Positions 27,251 through 42,200 of a stretch of DNA of 64,000 bases are shown here, one piece after another. Under the pieces are notes generated by a model that saw only the letters and a program-made list of their open reading frames with translations, did not search any database and had not been told where the DNA came from. Source of the DNA: Hydrolagus affinis (lineage: Eukaryota); NCBI GenBank assembly GCA_012026655.1, contig JAAILG010000533.1, forward strand, positions 1 through 64,000, read 5' to 3'. A program made the position numbers and the translations under genes. The stretch's first letter is position 1. Every line of letters begins with the position of its first letter.

Positions 27251-30200
27251 TTTTTTTTGGAGGATGAGTTCTACGTAGAAAGGTAGTATATTATTTCATA
27301 GTGTGGAATGCCCTGCACGTTTTTTTTAAAAAAAGCTTTACAACACTGGGTTTCAATACCACATTTCCGAAGGAGCTCTTGTGTGTCTCTCATCAAATAC
27401 CTTCTCGGGAGCAGGTCTGCATTGACTTAACTGCGGTTCCTGAGTATTTTGAAGCGCAGATTTTATACGTCAATGATAAGTAACCAAATAAACAAATGCA
27501 GCTCATTATTTAAAAGATACGGGGGGGGGTGGGCGGTTGCAAACTCACATAACTGCATCATTTTCCCGCATTATGGGCCTATATTGGTGAAGATCACAAG
27601 CTTTTTCCTGCTTTGTCGGTTCTGGGTGGGAATAAAACTTCTCTCAAGCCAACCTTATTTACACGTGAACGGATTTCTATTTTGACCATTTACTTCAGCT
27701 AGTCCTGCAGGATAATGAATAAAACGGTGCCTTAATACATCTTCCAATCCTTTGGTGTAGAAGTTAACGGTAGATTTGAAATCATCTGTAAAAGGGGAGA
27801 TTCAAGGGCAAGAGAAACAATGCAATATAGTATTCACAAATGCCGTTTCTTACTACAACAACAACAACAAATTATAGATACTGTATTTAATGGATGAATA
27901 CAGAATGCTGAGATAAAGGGTCACACTTCATACTTGACTTGGTTGAAAGCAGCTCTTCTGGCCACAATCCTGCAAGGTATGGCTACATATCTACAATATT
28001 TCTGGAGATGCAGTTGAGCAACTTAATTGTCTGCTTTGCATTTTATGCCAAGAATATTACGCTGATGGTTTGAATTAAAGAGTATAAAAAGAAAGGAATC
28101 TGCTCGTATAACATACAGCAATGTTGGAGCATTATGGCTGGACGGTCAGCCTTCTCCAAGCATTCTGATTGTTTAAGGCAAATCTTTGTGTTTATACTAG
28201 CAATGCAGGACAGACATATGGCAATTCAACATGGCATCAGTCCAAAAGGAACATGTTAGAATTCTGGTGGTGAAAATTCATACACTTCTCATCTTATACA
28301 CCTGTGAAACTCTTGACTACGTGTCACCTGGAATTCACAATCCTTCAACTTGATTGGTTTAGTCAGCTTCTAGCTTTTTAGGTGCCGTTATGCTGTCACA
28401 TCCAAATGAGAAGGTTGTGTGTTTAGGCTCCACATTGGGACTTTGCAGTCGTAATTAGGCAAACTTTGCTATTCTATATTGCTTAAGGTATGTTCTTTTG
28501 GATGGCTGTTAAAAGATTCCACACCATTGTTCCAAACAATCTTGTTAAATTGGTTATTCACTTCGTAGCCCTTGTCACAAATTGTCCGCTGTGTTTGCCT
28601 ATCTCTACTACACTGTAATGTAGTCTTTTGTCCTAAGGTGCTATATTAAATGGAAGGATTATAATAAATATAATCCTTGCATTTGATACTGCACCTTCTT
28701 CCATGGTTGAGGTGTCTCAAAGCTCATCAGGGAATATATTGTAAAGTAGATTGACTATGTATTTTATGGTCAAACTGCTTATTATTTCACAAATGCCTGC
28801 TCATCTACAAAAGCAGCTGCTATTCTTAACAGTAATTATTGTGAAACAGTTGTTATATTTTGATGTAATAAAAAATGTTGACATTTTTAAAAGGCAAAGA
28901 ATTGGATGAAAAAGGACAATGTGGAAATAAAATTATTGATAGAAATTATAGCATTTTGGAAGAATACAAAACGGTTCGGATCGGCATCCAGTTAAAGTGA
29001 TGGTGTTTTACTAAATGAAGATTATTCAGCATCCAAGAAGACAGAACTGCTATATGGAAGGAACCTGCTTCCCAACAGGATTAAAATTTGTGAAAGGGTT
29101 GTGGTATAAACTAATAAAACTAAGAAATAATAGAAATTCCAAAAGAAAAAGGTAAAATGTCTTGCTTAAAAATCTTTAGACTTTATAGATTTCCACTGGA
29201 AATTTAATGGAACAGTTTAATAAAAAAAACAGTTTGTAGTATTTCTCAAAACATCAATGGACGTTTCTTCCCAGCGTAACCATATACTGTACTTGGACAT
29301 CTAGTAGGTAAATTGCACTTGCATGAATAAAAATAGTCATACACTTCCAGGTGTGATTGGTGTGTAATTCTGTTTTTTGAAGCTTCAATGCCGGTAGACG
29401 GTTTGAATCAGCTCTAGCATTTTCTAACAAGTATTTCTATACTTTTCTATTTTGTCACAAGAAGACTCACATTTGTTGCTCGTGATTTCTCAATTGCTGG
29501 CAACAAGTTATGCATTTCTCTTGAGCATCTTGATTACCCAGGAACTAGTTATGTGGTAACTCGCATGACCATTTATTCTGTACAGGATGTGCTAATTGAA
29601 ATTCTACAATTGCAGTGTTCACATCTGTTACAATGTGTCTCCCTGGCACTTGCAACTGTTGTCCTTTTGAATCTTCAGAATTTCTACAAAACTGATGTTT
29701 TTCTTAATCCATATAACTGCACCATTTCAAGATTGTAAACATGTTTTCAAATTAGCATACTGGGTCTAACTAATATTCTTTTAGTTGGCATTATCTTTTA
29801 TTCCTCTTCACTAATGTATAGATAATTTGCAATAACAAAACTGTTCATGATGTTTGCAGTAATATAATCTTATGCAGACAATATAGAACCTACTGATTGT
29901 TTGAATAGAACTGCTAGCCGCACAATAAAGAATCTGAAGCAAAATCGAAACACCCTAACGATGAAGAATGCTTGCTTCCTTGGGCCATCAGCCAAAACCT
30001 AAGGGAACATCTCTTTTTTTTGCAGAATGGTCAGAAAGGTCTCAAATTGTTCCTCAGGTAATGTAACCAGACCAGGTTTCAATATTTAGGCTACTGATCA
30101 TTAATTCCAAAGACTAGTTTTACAGCCAGTAAGAGACCAAATGTAATAAACAAAATGCAAAATACTGCAGATGCTGGAATTCTGAAAAACAGAAATCACT

Positions 30201-33200
30201 GGGAACACTCAGCGGGTGATGCAGCCTTCGTCACAACTGTTGGGAGGGATAGGCTTTTAAGGACTAACAGGGAGGCAGGGCAAGGAAGACAATTGAGAAA
30301 ATGTGGTAGAACACAGGAGATGATGGATTCAAGAATTCTTAATGGTGCTAAACAAAGGGGGGAATTGCAACCAAACTGGAAAGAAGAGATGTTGATAGAC
30401 AACGAGTGGGAGGGAATTGCCACAGAACATGCAGACCAGAGAGAGAAAAGGTGTGTCTGAGATCCAGATGATGTGATAATGGTCATAGAGGAGGGGGAGC
30501 AGGAAAGTGAGATGTTATGGTATTGAGAGCCAGAGAGCTGTAAGATCCCTACCAGATAGATGAGGTACTGTTCTTTGAGCTTGTGCTGTAGTTCATTGGA
30601 ACAGAGTAGGAGACCATGGGTGGAGAGATCAGACTGAGTTGGAAGGAGAGTTGAAGTGGCAAAAAAACGAAAGCTTAGGGTTGTGCTTGTGAACAGAGGT
30701 GTTCGGCAAATCAGTTACCCAATCTGCATTTGGTCTCCCCAATTTAGAGACAGCGAGTGCATTGAATGCAGTATACTGCATTGGTGGTAGGACATTTAAA
30801 TCGCTGTCTCACTTGAAAACGGAATCCTTTCTCCAAATCTAATAAATTGTAGGCTCCATCTCCAGCATGAAGAACAGGTTGGATCAGACAAATGAAATGG
30901 GCAAATTAAAGTTTTAAACAAAAAAACGAGCCTAAGAGTTACAAATGTATAGGTGAGTACATATTTAATGAATTTGGAAAAATCAAAATGAGCAGAAATT
31001 ATTATTATTATAAAATTACTTCAAATGGTATGGTATTGATATTTTCTTCAGCATTTGGGTGTGAGTTCAAAACTTGATTTACTAGCTATACTGGTTTTCA
31101 TAGAGATGTTTTAAATCGCTTACCCTGTAGTTTCACAGATTAATGGATATCTTTGTTTAATTAAAAGATGGCAATTGTAGCATGGGATTCATATGCAGAA
31201 TGGCAAATTTCATACCAAATAGAGTTAAGTATTTAAGGTATTGACACTGATGTAAATATTCAGATTTAGTTAATTAGAGAGACCTTTGATCTTGATTTTA
31301 AAATAATTATAATAAGGGATATTCATATGATCATTTCAAATAGCCCTTGCAAATCCAGTTTTAATTCTATTTTAAGTGAAACCCTTCAAACAGTTCCTAG
31401 GCCGGGGTTTTTTAAAACTTAAAAAATGCAGACTGGAAATAAAATTTGAACGAAATGGGCGGGCAGGTTGGTAGGGAGATGGAGAGGGCAGGCAGGTTGG
31501 TAGGGTATTTAAATACATACTGAGACTTTATCAGGAGAAATTCCACCTGGATATAGATTAACTATTAATATAACAACAAAACCAAATTACATTTATAATA
31601 ACGTTTCATATCCTGGAGAATTTTGCGAATTCTTGAATACAGCCTTAACTTTGAAGTCTGTTCTGTAAGATTACAAAAAGCAATGTCAAAATTGAGAATT
31701 CAACACTTTGGTAAATTCTGACCATTCTGAAATGCTACGTCAATATAGTTAATCTGGTCTGAGGTGGAATTTAATACCAAAGGTGCCTTTTGGGTATTCT
31801 GTTATCAATCCATTGAACTATAGGCAACAAGACATACTTTCTGACACTACAGACAGGTACTTCATATGAGGAACATAATCTACTTTTAGGTTTGTGGAAA
31901 CATTATTTGGCTTAACATTCTTGATACACAATTTGTGCAAAGCAATTGAAACATCTACAAAGGAACTGTGTCAATTTCTTTGGAGTAGGAAATATTAATT
32001 ACTGCTTAGCAAAAATTGGGTCCAGCTGTGTACATGAACTCTCAATGAAGAGGGAGTTACTCTTTCACAAGTACTGGTTTAAGCACTCTTGGGTGCTACC
32101 ATGTGTGAAGGGGGCTATATACAGTACAAGCAAGTTGTACCAGCCACAGGAAAGCACAGTCAACTTTTGTTCCTTTTATTCTTTGTGGGTCTTCAGAAAT
32201 TTAGTCTCCAGTAACTGAAAAGTGCTTTGCACAAGTTTTTTTTAAAGTTGTTGAAACTGGTTCCAAGGCTTAAAACTCCAGCAATTGTGAAGAGTAATTG
32301 TAAGAAGAGTAATGCTGAAATACATGAGGGAATAAGTGAAGTTTTGAATGGATCAGTTTTTGAACCCCTTTGGATACCACATAAATGTCTTAAACTTGTT
32401 GATAAGACTGATTCATGCAGAGGAATTAAGCAAATGAATAAGTTTGCAATGATTGAGTTTAAATTGGCAGAATTCTTTGAAAGGGATAGAAACAGATGGT
32501 AGATTTGTCATTTTAATGTTAGCTAATGTGAACAAATTGAAAGGGCAAACTAAATGTTGACATATAAAGCCAGAAAAAGAGTGCATATTTCCAGAGGTTA
32601 TATTAGACTACAAGTCACTGTTGGAATATTGGCCTCCTTGACACAAAAAAAAGGAAACATTAGAGAAGTTGCATAGAAAAGCAATAAGATTGAACTCAAG
32701 TGTGAATGGAATGAGCAAGGCTGTATCTAACCTGTCAGCTAATATTTCCTTACTCAGCAATTCAGCTTTGAAAACTACAAAATATACTTTTGAAACAAAT
32801 GTGATCAGACCATTGAAGTGCATTATTATCTTGTATGAAATATAGCAATGGCTTGATTACTTCACCACTGCGTGCTGACACATTGTTCCATCACAAATAT
32901 GCAGCTTATCTTATCCAACAAAACATGCTGCTTATCTTATGTAACACAAATACACTGCTGTATATATAAATATCTTCACGTTTCCTATCTTAAGAAAATA
33001 GGCAAAATAACAAATGGAGGAAAGAGACCAGAGTATTCTGACAGAATTGGCAGGGTGTCTGGGATTTCGGTTGAACATGGAGCTCAGTAGTTAGTGCACT
33101 CGCCTTGTACGCGAGAAACCTGGGTTCAATTCCAGGCAGGGCGAAACCTTGGCCAAGTTTCCTTACGCCACACACCTGATAATAATCACACAAAAAATGT

Positions 33201-36200
33201 TTTAATTGGTCATTTCAATCCATGACTGTATAACTGGCTGCTACATTTCGCCGACAAAATACAGTCAATTCACTTTACATCATATTCTGTGAAGTGCTTT
33301 GAGACATCTAGAAGACGTAAAAAGCGCTATATCAAATGCAAGGATTATCAGTAACATCTCATTCAAAAGAATGCTTCCAACATTGCAGTATTTCCACAAG
33401 TGTCATTTGAGGGTCAGGTGGGAGAGGCTATATTATCAGGGAATGTCTCCAAAGTTTAAGGGAATGATCAGGAAAATTAGATACGGTTTGATAGTGACCG
33501 CTTTTCACATAATGTCTACAATGATCTCACATTGATTCCTGGGACACCAGGTGTTGGACACCATTCTCTTGTCATTGGTTTATATTAGAAGTGGAATGTG
33601 CAATTTTCCCTAAAATTCACTGATTGATGTGTTGCCCACCTTTTGGGTGCCACATTTACATCTTAACATTTTTGTAGATGTTGATGTGTTTTACAAGATG
33701 TGCGTAATGTACATTAAGAATCCTTCAATCTATCCAATATTTGTACATGCATTGTTTTATACTGTATTTTAATTCTAGTTTAAACAAAAACTTGCAGTGA
33801 GGGGAATAAAAGTGTGTGTGTATGTACATATTTAAATATTTAATATTTTTATAATGCTGTAATGGTGGAATATTAGTTAACCTTGTTAATCTTATTTTCC
33901 ATATTTTGAAAATTACCTTGCCTATTTCTTTAATTGATTATTATATGGGATGAAATCTGGGAATATTTTTTTTAAAGTTGTGTATCTGAATAATGCATTT
34001 CTTAACTTAATTTCATGTTTGATAATTGTCTTTGTACATGGTGTACATCATTTGAATGTCTATTAATGCAAAACTATTCTAGAATTTATTTGGCAGTAAA
34101 TTTTTGAGGTGTTTTACTTATTCGTTATTTTTTCCTAATGCCCATCATCTCATTCTCATGTGCTTATTCTCAAAAGAAAGGCAGCATAGTTTTAGCTAGT
34201 TATAGTATAGTAAAAGCCCGTTTATCCGGAACCCGATCAACCGTAACTTCCGTATAACTGCATCGCAAAATAAAAGGTCCACATTTGATTAACCGGAATT
34301 TATCCAGAAAAATACATTTTTTAAAAAATTAAAAAAATTGCGTTTTCGGCCGAATATCCAGCATGCGCTTTAACCGGCATTGGCCAGGTCACAAGGGTGC
34401 CGGATAAATGGGCTTTTACTGTATAATGGCCTGCTCAAAAATAGTCTTTTTGTTGTCTGTAGTCTTTCATTTATGTTTGATTTAATGGCAACGATTGCAT
34501 GCATAATAGTATCTGTCAACAGTAGGTCAATTCTACTTATTATTTAAAATACTGTTTTACTTATCAAAGTGTTTCTCACATTAACACTGATTGTATGGAT
34601 TGATCTGTTACGAGATATGCTGTATGTCAGTCAACAAGACCGAGGCCCTCCTGAAAGTGTCGCACCAGTGCCTCCACACTTCAGACACTAGCAGTATCAT
34701 CCTCCATGGATGCACACTCCTTATTCAATCCTCAACTGTCTTTTCTCCCTCATGACCCTCTGCCATCCCTCACCTCCACAACATCCCTCACCTCCACAAC
34801 ATACCTCAACTCCAACCACTACCTCACCCCTCAGGTTGCTGAAATTCTTATTCATACCTTCATCACGTCCGGGCTCGACTATCCTAATGCCCTGCTTGTC
34901 AGCCTTGCCAATTCCTCCCTCCATAGGCTGCAGATATCCAGAACTCTGCAGCCAGTGTTCTTCTCTCGCCACAAACTCCACGATCCTATCTCCCCCATTT
35001 TTGCCTGACTCCATTGGTTTCCCACCATTCAGAGGATTCAATTCAAGATCCTAGTCCTCACTTTTAAAGCCATCCATGGCCTTGTCCCAGCCTATCTGCG
35101 ACCTAACCCCTACCAACCTCTTTGCTCAGTGGGCTCTGGCCTGCTGCCCCACCATTGGCAGGCAAGCCTTCAGCTACTCTGCCCCCAACCTTTGGAATTC
35201 CATCCTGCAAACCCTCCACCTCACTCCCTCCCTAGCCTCCTTCCTGCCTCAAGACCCTCCTCTTCAACAGTGGCAGCGCTCACTCCCCTACCCTTCCCTC
35301 TATCCTCCCTGATGCCGATCCCAGGTCAGGTCCGAAACACTGACTGTTCAGCGCATTAGAACATCCTCCTGACATGAAAGACACTACCAATGTAATTTTG
35401 TTGTTGTCGTAAAAATTTTAATTAAGCCTCATTAATTTCATATGTAGTAAGTTGGGGTACCAATATTTAGTGAAGTGTAATTCCACTACCATCCATTTGT
35501 CTTGTTGTTTTCCCTTTCTCACACACACTGACCTCTGCTGATCTTTACAGCTAGATCTTTCTCCAAGACCTGATGAAAAAATTTTGATTTAAGATTTTTT
35601 TCTGTACATATTAGGCTAAGGACGTTATAGGAATAATTAAAAGGATGAGGACGAAAGATGATGAAATAAACAATGAGTAAAATATTTTGGAAGTAAATAA
35701 GTAACATTTTAAAGTTTCTTAGAAGCATAATGTGAGTAGCAGTACAGAACTGAAGAATTGGTGAGTCTGCTAAGATTTAATAGATGGAATGAAGAGCCTG
35801 AAGAGAATCAGTCCATTGAAAAGAAGACTTCAAAAACAGTTTTTGTAGTGTAAGCTTTACTTCTGTTGTAAATCTTTTCCTTTTGAAAGGATCTATCAAG
35901 ACTAATGGGCTTTCTGGATTCATGCAAATCAGTTTTTTGAATTCATTTGATGTATTTGAATGCATCAATGGAATGTACCTCATCATATAGCATGTGTATA
36001 ATTTGCAAATAAAATCTATTGTATCCAGGTATGCCGTTATGCTTTACTGTTGAATCAATTTCACAAGAACATCTTTTAAGATTCTGTTACATAGTGTGAC
36101 ATTATTACTTTTTTAATATTGCATTTTACCACAATGTTTAAATATTGGTATAAATAGTTGCTGGAGGTAGAAGCTAATGTTTGTATGTATAGTTTCTGGA

Positions 36201-39200
36201 GATAAATGGCTCAAATGAATTTTGTACTTCGAATAGTACTGTATGCAAGCAATATGTAGTTTAATACAGTTACATGTAATGTGATATTCAGTATATTAAA
36301 ACAGTGCTCCCTAAATAAGGTAATTAATGATTGACTAAGAATTTTCAGTTAGTGTAAAACTTTATAAAGTGGATCAAAGCACTGGAATGCATTTCAGCAG
36401 TGTTTAACTAAAAGAAAGTACTGTTCTAACTTTGTAGAAGTAATTGAAAAGGCTATTTTGGGAATCCAGTGTGCAGTTTTAGGCATCCTAGTTTCAAAAG
36501 GACATTGATGCAGTGGAGAACATATTTTAAAAAAAAAGTTCTAAATTGTCAAACGTTACAGAAACGAATTTATGGTGGGGAAGAAAGCTGATGGAGGACT
36601 TTGTCCCTTTTGATAATTCAATCAACATTAAGCAGACTTGGCCTTTATTTATAGAATTGTAGTTGGTGGTCTAAAATTAACGAGTGACAAAGTTAAAGAC
36701 AAAGCTGGAGATATATGAGGTGAAATACAATTTTTTTTAGAGCAGTGGATATATAAAAGAGACTTAGTAAATTTAGTTGGTAATGTCAATTTAAACTTTC
36801 AAAAAGATTTGAATTGAAGGTTCGCTGCACATTCACAAATTTGCATACAAAACTTAATTATATATTTCTGCAATCAACAGAAATGTGCACAATTAAGGAA
36901 TGGGCATGGATAGCCAGGTTTATTTGATCTAAATTGGAGAGGAGATTGAGGAGAAATTGTGAATGATAGTTCTCAGGATGAGAGGGGAGTTTGAGGTGAG
37001 AAGTGCTTACCAACTGAGTAAACTAACATTGGAAGGATGTCATAGTGCTTTGACTATTCAAAAGTTAAAAAGTAAATCCAATCCTTGACCCATACTTAAC
37101 AGTAAATGCACAAAAATGGCCATTAATAGATAAATCTAACCAACCAATGTTCAAAAACTACAGTTTATGTCACCCTTGTTCTGAAAGAACTGTCCTTATA
37201 ATGGTTTTAAACAGAAATGCACTGAGAGGAGATCTTTTGGAATTACAGTGGTAAACGAAGCCATCTTGAAAAAACACGTTTAAATTAGATTCAAAGTTTT
37301 GATATGGAAGTTATTAGCTCCATATTACACTGACCAGATTGTGACCAGAATATTGAAAGAGGGCTGAGCTATTCGCATCCTAAGAAATGTGCCATGTTGT
37401 TTCCTTTATTGCTTATCCACCAAACTTAGTATCAGAAAACAAAACAACAGTGTTTCTATATCGCATTTCCAAAGCATACTTTATATCTTACGTAAATATT
37501 TTACTGGCTTCACATGTCAAAAATTATTTTGAAAGCTGCTACAGAAAGTCTACGGGTGGTTGGGGTGTTTGTTTTATTAATAATAATAATCATTGCCTTT
37601 GGTATAGCGTTATCACATCATCGGGGACGTCTCAAAGTGCTTCATAGAATGCAGTGAATTGACCATATTTTGTGGACAAAACAATGTAGCCAATTGTGCA
37701 CAGCAGAGTCCCATACACATTCGTGTGACCACATTTTTTTAAGTGAATATTACCCGCAGAAAAGAAATCTTCAGATCGACTAACAACCAGGTTCCTACTT
37801 ACTGCTAGATAAACAGAGGCTGTGGAATAAAGAAACTTGCCCAACATTTCACGTTGGAGAATCAAACCCAGGTCTTCGTGCAGTTCTAACCACTATGCTG
37901 CAGAATTCCATGACAATATATTCAATAACAAACTGAAATATTTTGAATTGCAAAATAAACCCACACCAGAAGCTAGTAACTCACTACATGAAATAAAGTA
38001 GTAAACTGTGCCATATGATGCTTGTTAAGGTTACTCAAAATTCACAGCACAAATTTTTATGTAAATTAGAAATTGGGGTTTGTGGTAAATAAGTGCGAGA
38101 TTCCAGGATCATTTGATTCTGTATTCCATGTTCTCCATTTAAAATCCAAAGGGTTGATCACTTATTAAAATTAAGATCTGATCAGCGCCTTGGGACATCC
38201 TCTCGATGTGAAAGGCGCTATATAAATGTAAGTTTTGATTGATTGATTGATTGATTCATACAATGCCAGCTGAAGTCAAATCTCGGAAAAATGGATATTC
38301 ATTTGTATTATAACCATTTTGGGGGATTGAATTAATTCACTTATATGAATTGTCAAGGTGTATTTCCTAACATTTTGTCAATATTGACATCAGCTCTACA
38401 TCTGTAGTTATAATTTATGGATTGTTCAAATGATCTAATCATAGCAATCAATTAAATATATTCCAGTGATGGCAAATTAGGTGGATTGCACAGTTAGGCT
38501 ATTGACAATGTATCTGTTCATTTGGCAGCTACCCAGTTTACTTTCTGGGGCAATCCCAGGTACAGTATAAATGTCAGTCAAACTTAATAAAATATAGGTC
38601 ACTGGTACAGATGTAGCACATCACACCAAGCTCTTCAAACCCTTCCTAGTGGTACAGGTATTTTGTAAATGATTACAAAATGCATCAGTTTTGAAGATGA
38701 CGGTGTTTGTGTCATTGAGAAATCAAGCTATCTTACTAACAAAGGTGCTTTTTGCTTATATTGAACATTCTAGCAAACAAAAGCTTAAAACAAGATAGTC
38801 TACTGTAGTAGGCACAAAAGTAGGCAACATTTTAAATAGAAAGATGTGAGTAATTAAAATTGAAAAAAATCAAATAAATTCAAACTAAGGAGATGTAAGC
38901 CAAGGACCCATCTGCTTCAGGTGGATGTTAAAGATCCCATGTTAAACTTTTTTTGTTCATTTCATCTTAAGATTCTATCAAAATTGTTTCCTGTAATCTT
39001 AACAAATGTTGTTGTTTGTCTTGTCAACATGAGGGAGAGAAGAGGCTTCACCAAATTCTTCCTCATTCCATTGTCTTTGGAGTAGCAGTAATCCACTTTG
39101 ATGGGACAGATTCCAGTTAATACTCCTCACTTTGTGACACTGGCGATATTAGCTCCTGGTTTCTGCATTTACATTCAGTACTATGGATCCTGCCAATTTT

Positions 39201-42200
39201 TGTCTCTATGTCCTGTTTCTACACAGAATTGTAGCAGCCTTGTGCCCCACGTAGCATTCACTTCATTTCTAATTGCAACATCTGCAACAAAATTACACTT
39301 GTATAGCACCTTTCACGTCAATTAAGTTGATTGTGCAAACATTCCTATGATATGAAAGGTGATACTTTATACACATCTATATATATACACACTATATACA
39401 CACAGTATAACAGTAAATGTAAATTGTACAGTGATAACATAAACCTTGTATTAGGTTGATTTCGACCATAATTGTTCTGTACCAAACATAGGATTATACT
39501 TTGCACAGAAAAGAATGGTGTTATTCTTTATACAGTAGATAGTTATTAGATACAAGTGAGTGCAGGTTCACTTAAGACTGTTACAATAAAGATAAAATTT
39601 GTATTTTCCATAGGGAGGAGATGTACACTATTTGGTCTTTCAGTCCCACATCTCAAACTTCCCTACTATAATTTCATCTTTTAGTCTGATGATTGACTGC
39701 TTTAGTTAAGAGAATTAAGAGATAATTATCTGATGCTCAGAGACTTACATATCCCCTAACTATCATTTCTAGCACTATACAAAAACATAGATTGAAATTG
39801 ATGTTAATTATGATGACTACCAACACCAATATTTTAAAAGACCTGATTTAAACTGTTTTCTGATCTACTGAGATCAGTTTCAGTGGAAAAAGTATTGCTC
39901 GGGTTCATTCTCAGTAAATTCTTTATTAGCTCATTGCCACAGCCTGTGCCAACATCAGACATGATTGCTGTCCCCTAAACTACAATCTTACTGAACCTTG
40001 GCCACGTTTTCAGTTCAGTCTCTTGACCATACCTCGAAATATAACACTGAGCATCAGATGATTTTACTGCCAATAGTTAAGAAACAATTAGCAGAGTCTG
40101 GGCTATGGAAGTTATTGTTTTGTAGAGAGCACATGGGGTTTTGATCCTTTTGAGTTTAAATGAAATATGCCACTGACAATGCCAAAAGAAAAGTCCCAAG
40201 TCTTCCAGGAAATGTACTTTACTGGATTTTACTGAGCAGGAATGTTTATGGGAGTTGGCCTCCTCCCAGGCATAATGGGTGATGTTTTCTCAATTGATTT
40301 CAAATTTATTTTGCTATTTTCTATAACCAAGCATCAGATGTGAAATAATACAGATAGCATTATTCAGGCAATGAATAACCGCAGAAGTACCCCCATTTTA
40401 AAACTGAGAAAAGACAGGAATACTGAATCCATTTTACTCTTCTGGTTGGGCAAGCTATACCCCAAAAAACAAGACAACCAGTATAACTGGCAGCAGCCAC
40501 ATTCTATTGTCTTCAGATGCGAAATGAAGACCTAGTTCAATTGATATTAGCTACTGCCTTCTTACAATTCTATCTCCTAAGGAATATCTCCCACCAGAGC
40601 AATTGCTGTAACCTAAATAAGAATAAATTAACTGCTTACAAACCATCCTCAATAATTGCTTAGCAAATGCACACTATTTTATATATATTGTGTATATATA
40701 TATAATATATATTATACTTACCAGCCACGTAAAAGGCATTAAGAATGCTTTGAATTAATTAGAAATTGTAATCAAAGGAATCAAAATTGTAGCAATAGGA
40801 TATTACATTTGTCTATCTTTATTGTTTTGCCTACCCCAATTGCTCGCAATGATGTCTTGGGAATCTGATTAGAAAGTGCACATGAGGGCAGAATCTGACT
40901 CTTGTGATTTCCCCCCCAATCACCCCCCACCCCAAACTCCCTGATCAATTTCACATTCAACTATTTACATATTTGCAATCGAAGGAGGGGAAACGTGTTT
41001 TCAATTATTCTTCCAACCCCCACTCAGGATTAACAAATACTATATTATACTATAAACTAGGCTGTTTTCTTATGGATTATTGTATTCAGGTGTGTGAGTA
41101 TTGTAATATAATTAGATTTTATTATGTATTAAATGTCCAGATCACAGTTTATTTTGTATGCGAAGAAACACAATTTGTCACAGAATAACCAGCATGAAGT
41201 GAATAATGAATTTTGGCTGGAGGATTGATTCACTCCAGGATACTAGGGAAAATTGATCTTTCTTTGAATAATGCCGTGGGATCTTCAACATTTCTGAACA
41301 GCAGACAGGACCTTCAATTAAAATCTCATCCAAACCACAGGAACTCCCATCAATAGAGCAGTCTGCTAGCAATGCATTGATGCGTCAGCCTAGATTACGA
41401 ACTAAATATATTGGATCACTGAGGTGCTCAATGTAAATCAGGCTACTCATTATAAACTTGTTTGGAAAAAATGACATCTCGCTTCCAAATAAAACCGTTT
41501 GCTTTCTTCTGCTGGGAACTTTATTGTAATTGATGAGCATGTACATTTCTGGAGCTTTTTTGGACCAAATTCACTTTATAATAGATGACTGCTATGCAGC
41601 TATTGTTGTATTATATGTCATCTTCAGTTCTTCATTTTTATTCTATTCTTCCATTTCTGTGTAGAAAATAGCCATTTTAGCAATGCAGAACAGGTTAGAA
41701 AAATGTTACCTATGGATTGTGGCCCAAAATAAACCTTGTTAATCTTTAGGGTACAATTATTTTGAAGAAAGAGTTACAACTATCCCAGAGGCAGTTTACC
41801 TCTACCATCATCTACCATTGTGAAAAATTAAAATTTTTCTTCCTTGCTTCAACTATAAACTCGTTTACATGGCATGTCAAAACGCATCCCCAAATTTGTG
41901 TTCCATATCCTTTTGTAATGCTTCACTAAGAGAAATAATGGTACGTGTAATGTTCACGTGTCTATTAGATCACATTCTATATAGATTTTGTGTACAGTAT
42001 TTGGTTTAATGTTGCTTAGTGTCCCATTTTCACTAAATCTAAATTTGCTGTTTCACTTGGCTGCAAATATTATTCTTCATATCTTCAAGCAATCTCTTGT
42101 ATTCTAAGCAGGAAAAGCTGAATTTGGTCAACGTTTACTTGCTTTTATTTGCTAGTATGGTTGAAGGGAGGAAGACTCACAGTGATTAAAGTGTATTCAA

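Noticed and set aside
29471-29683. Minus-strand exon-like segment (TTTTGTAG ... GTGAGT) in DUSP11-like intron 1
   Set aside because: The best frame has a stop, and I found no partner exons or homology. It could be non-coding, but the sequence alone does not support a call.
32227-32502. 91-aa ORF in DUSP11-like intron 1
   Set aside because: No recognisable domain and a non-ATG start; probably decayed LINE sequence.
35784-35849. 66-nt open phase-2 segment in DUSP11-like intron 1
   Set aside because: There is no polypyrimidine tract, and it would interrupt the conserved PDGW..PVG N-terminal motif.
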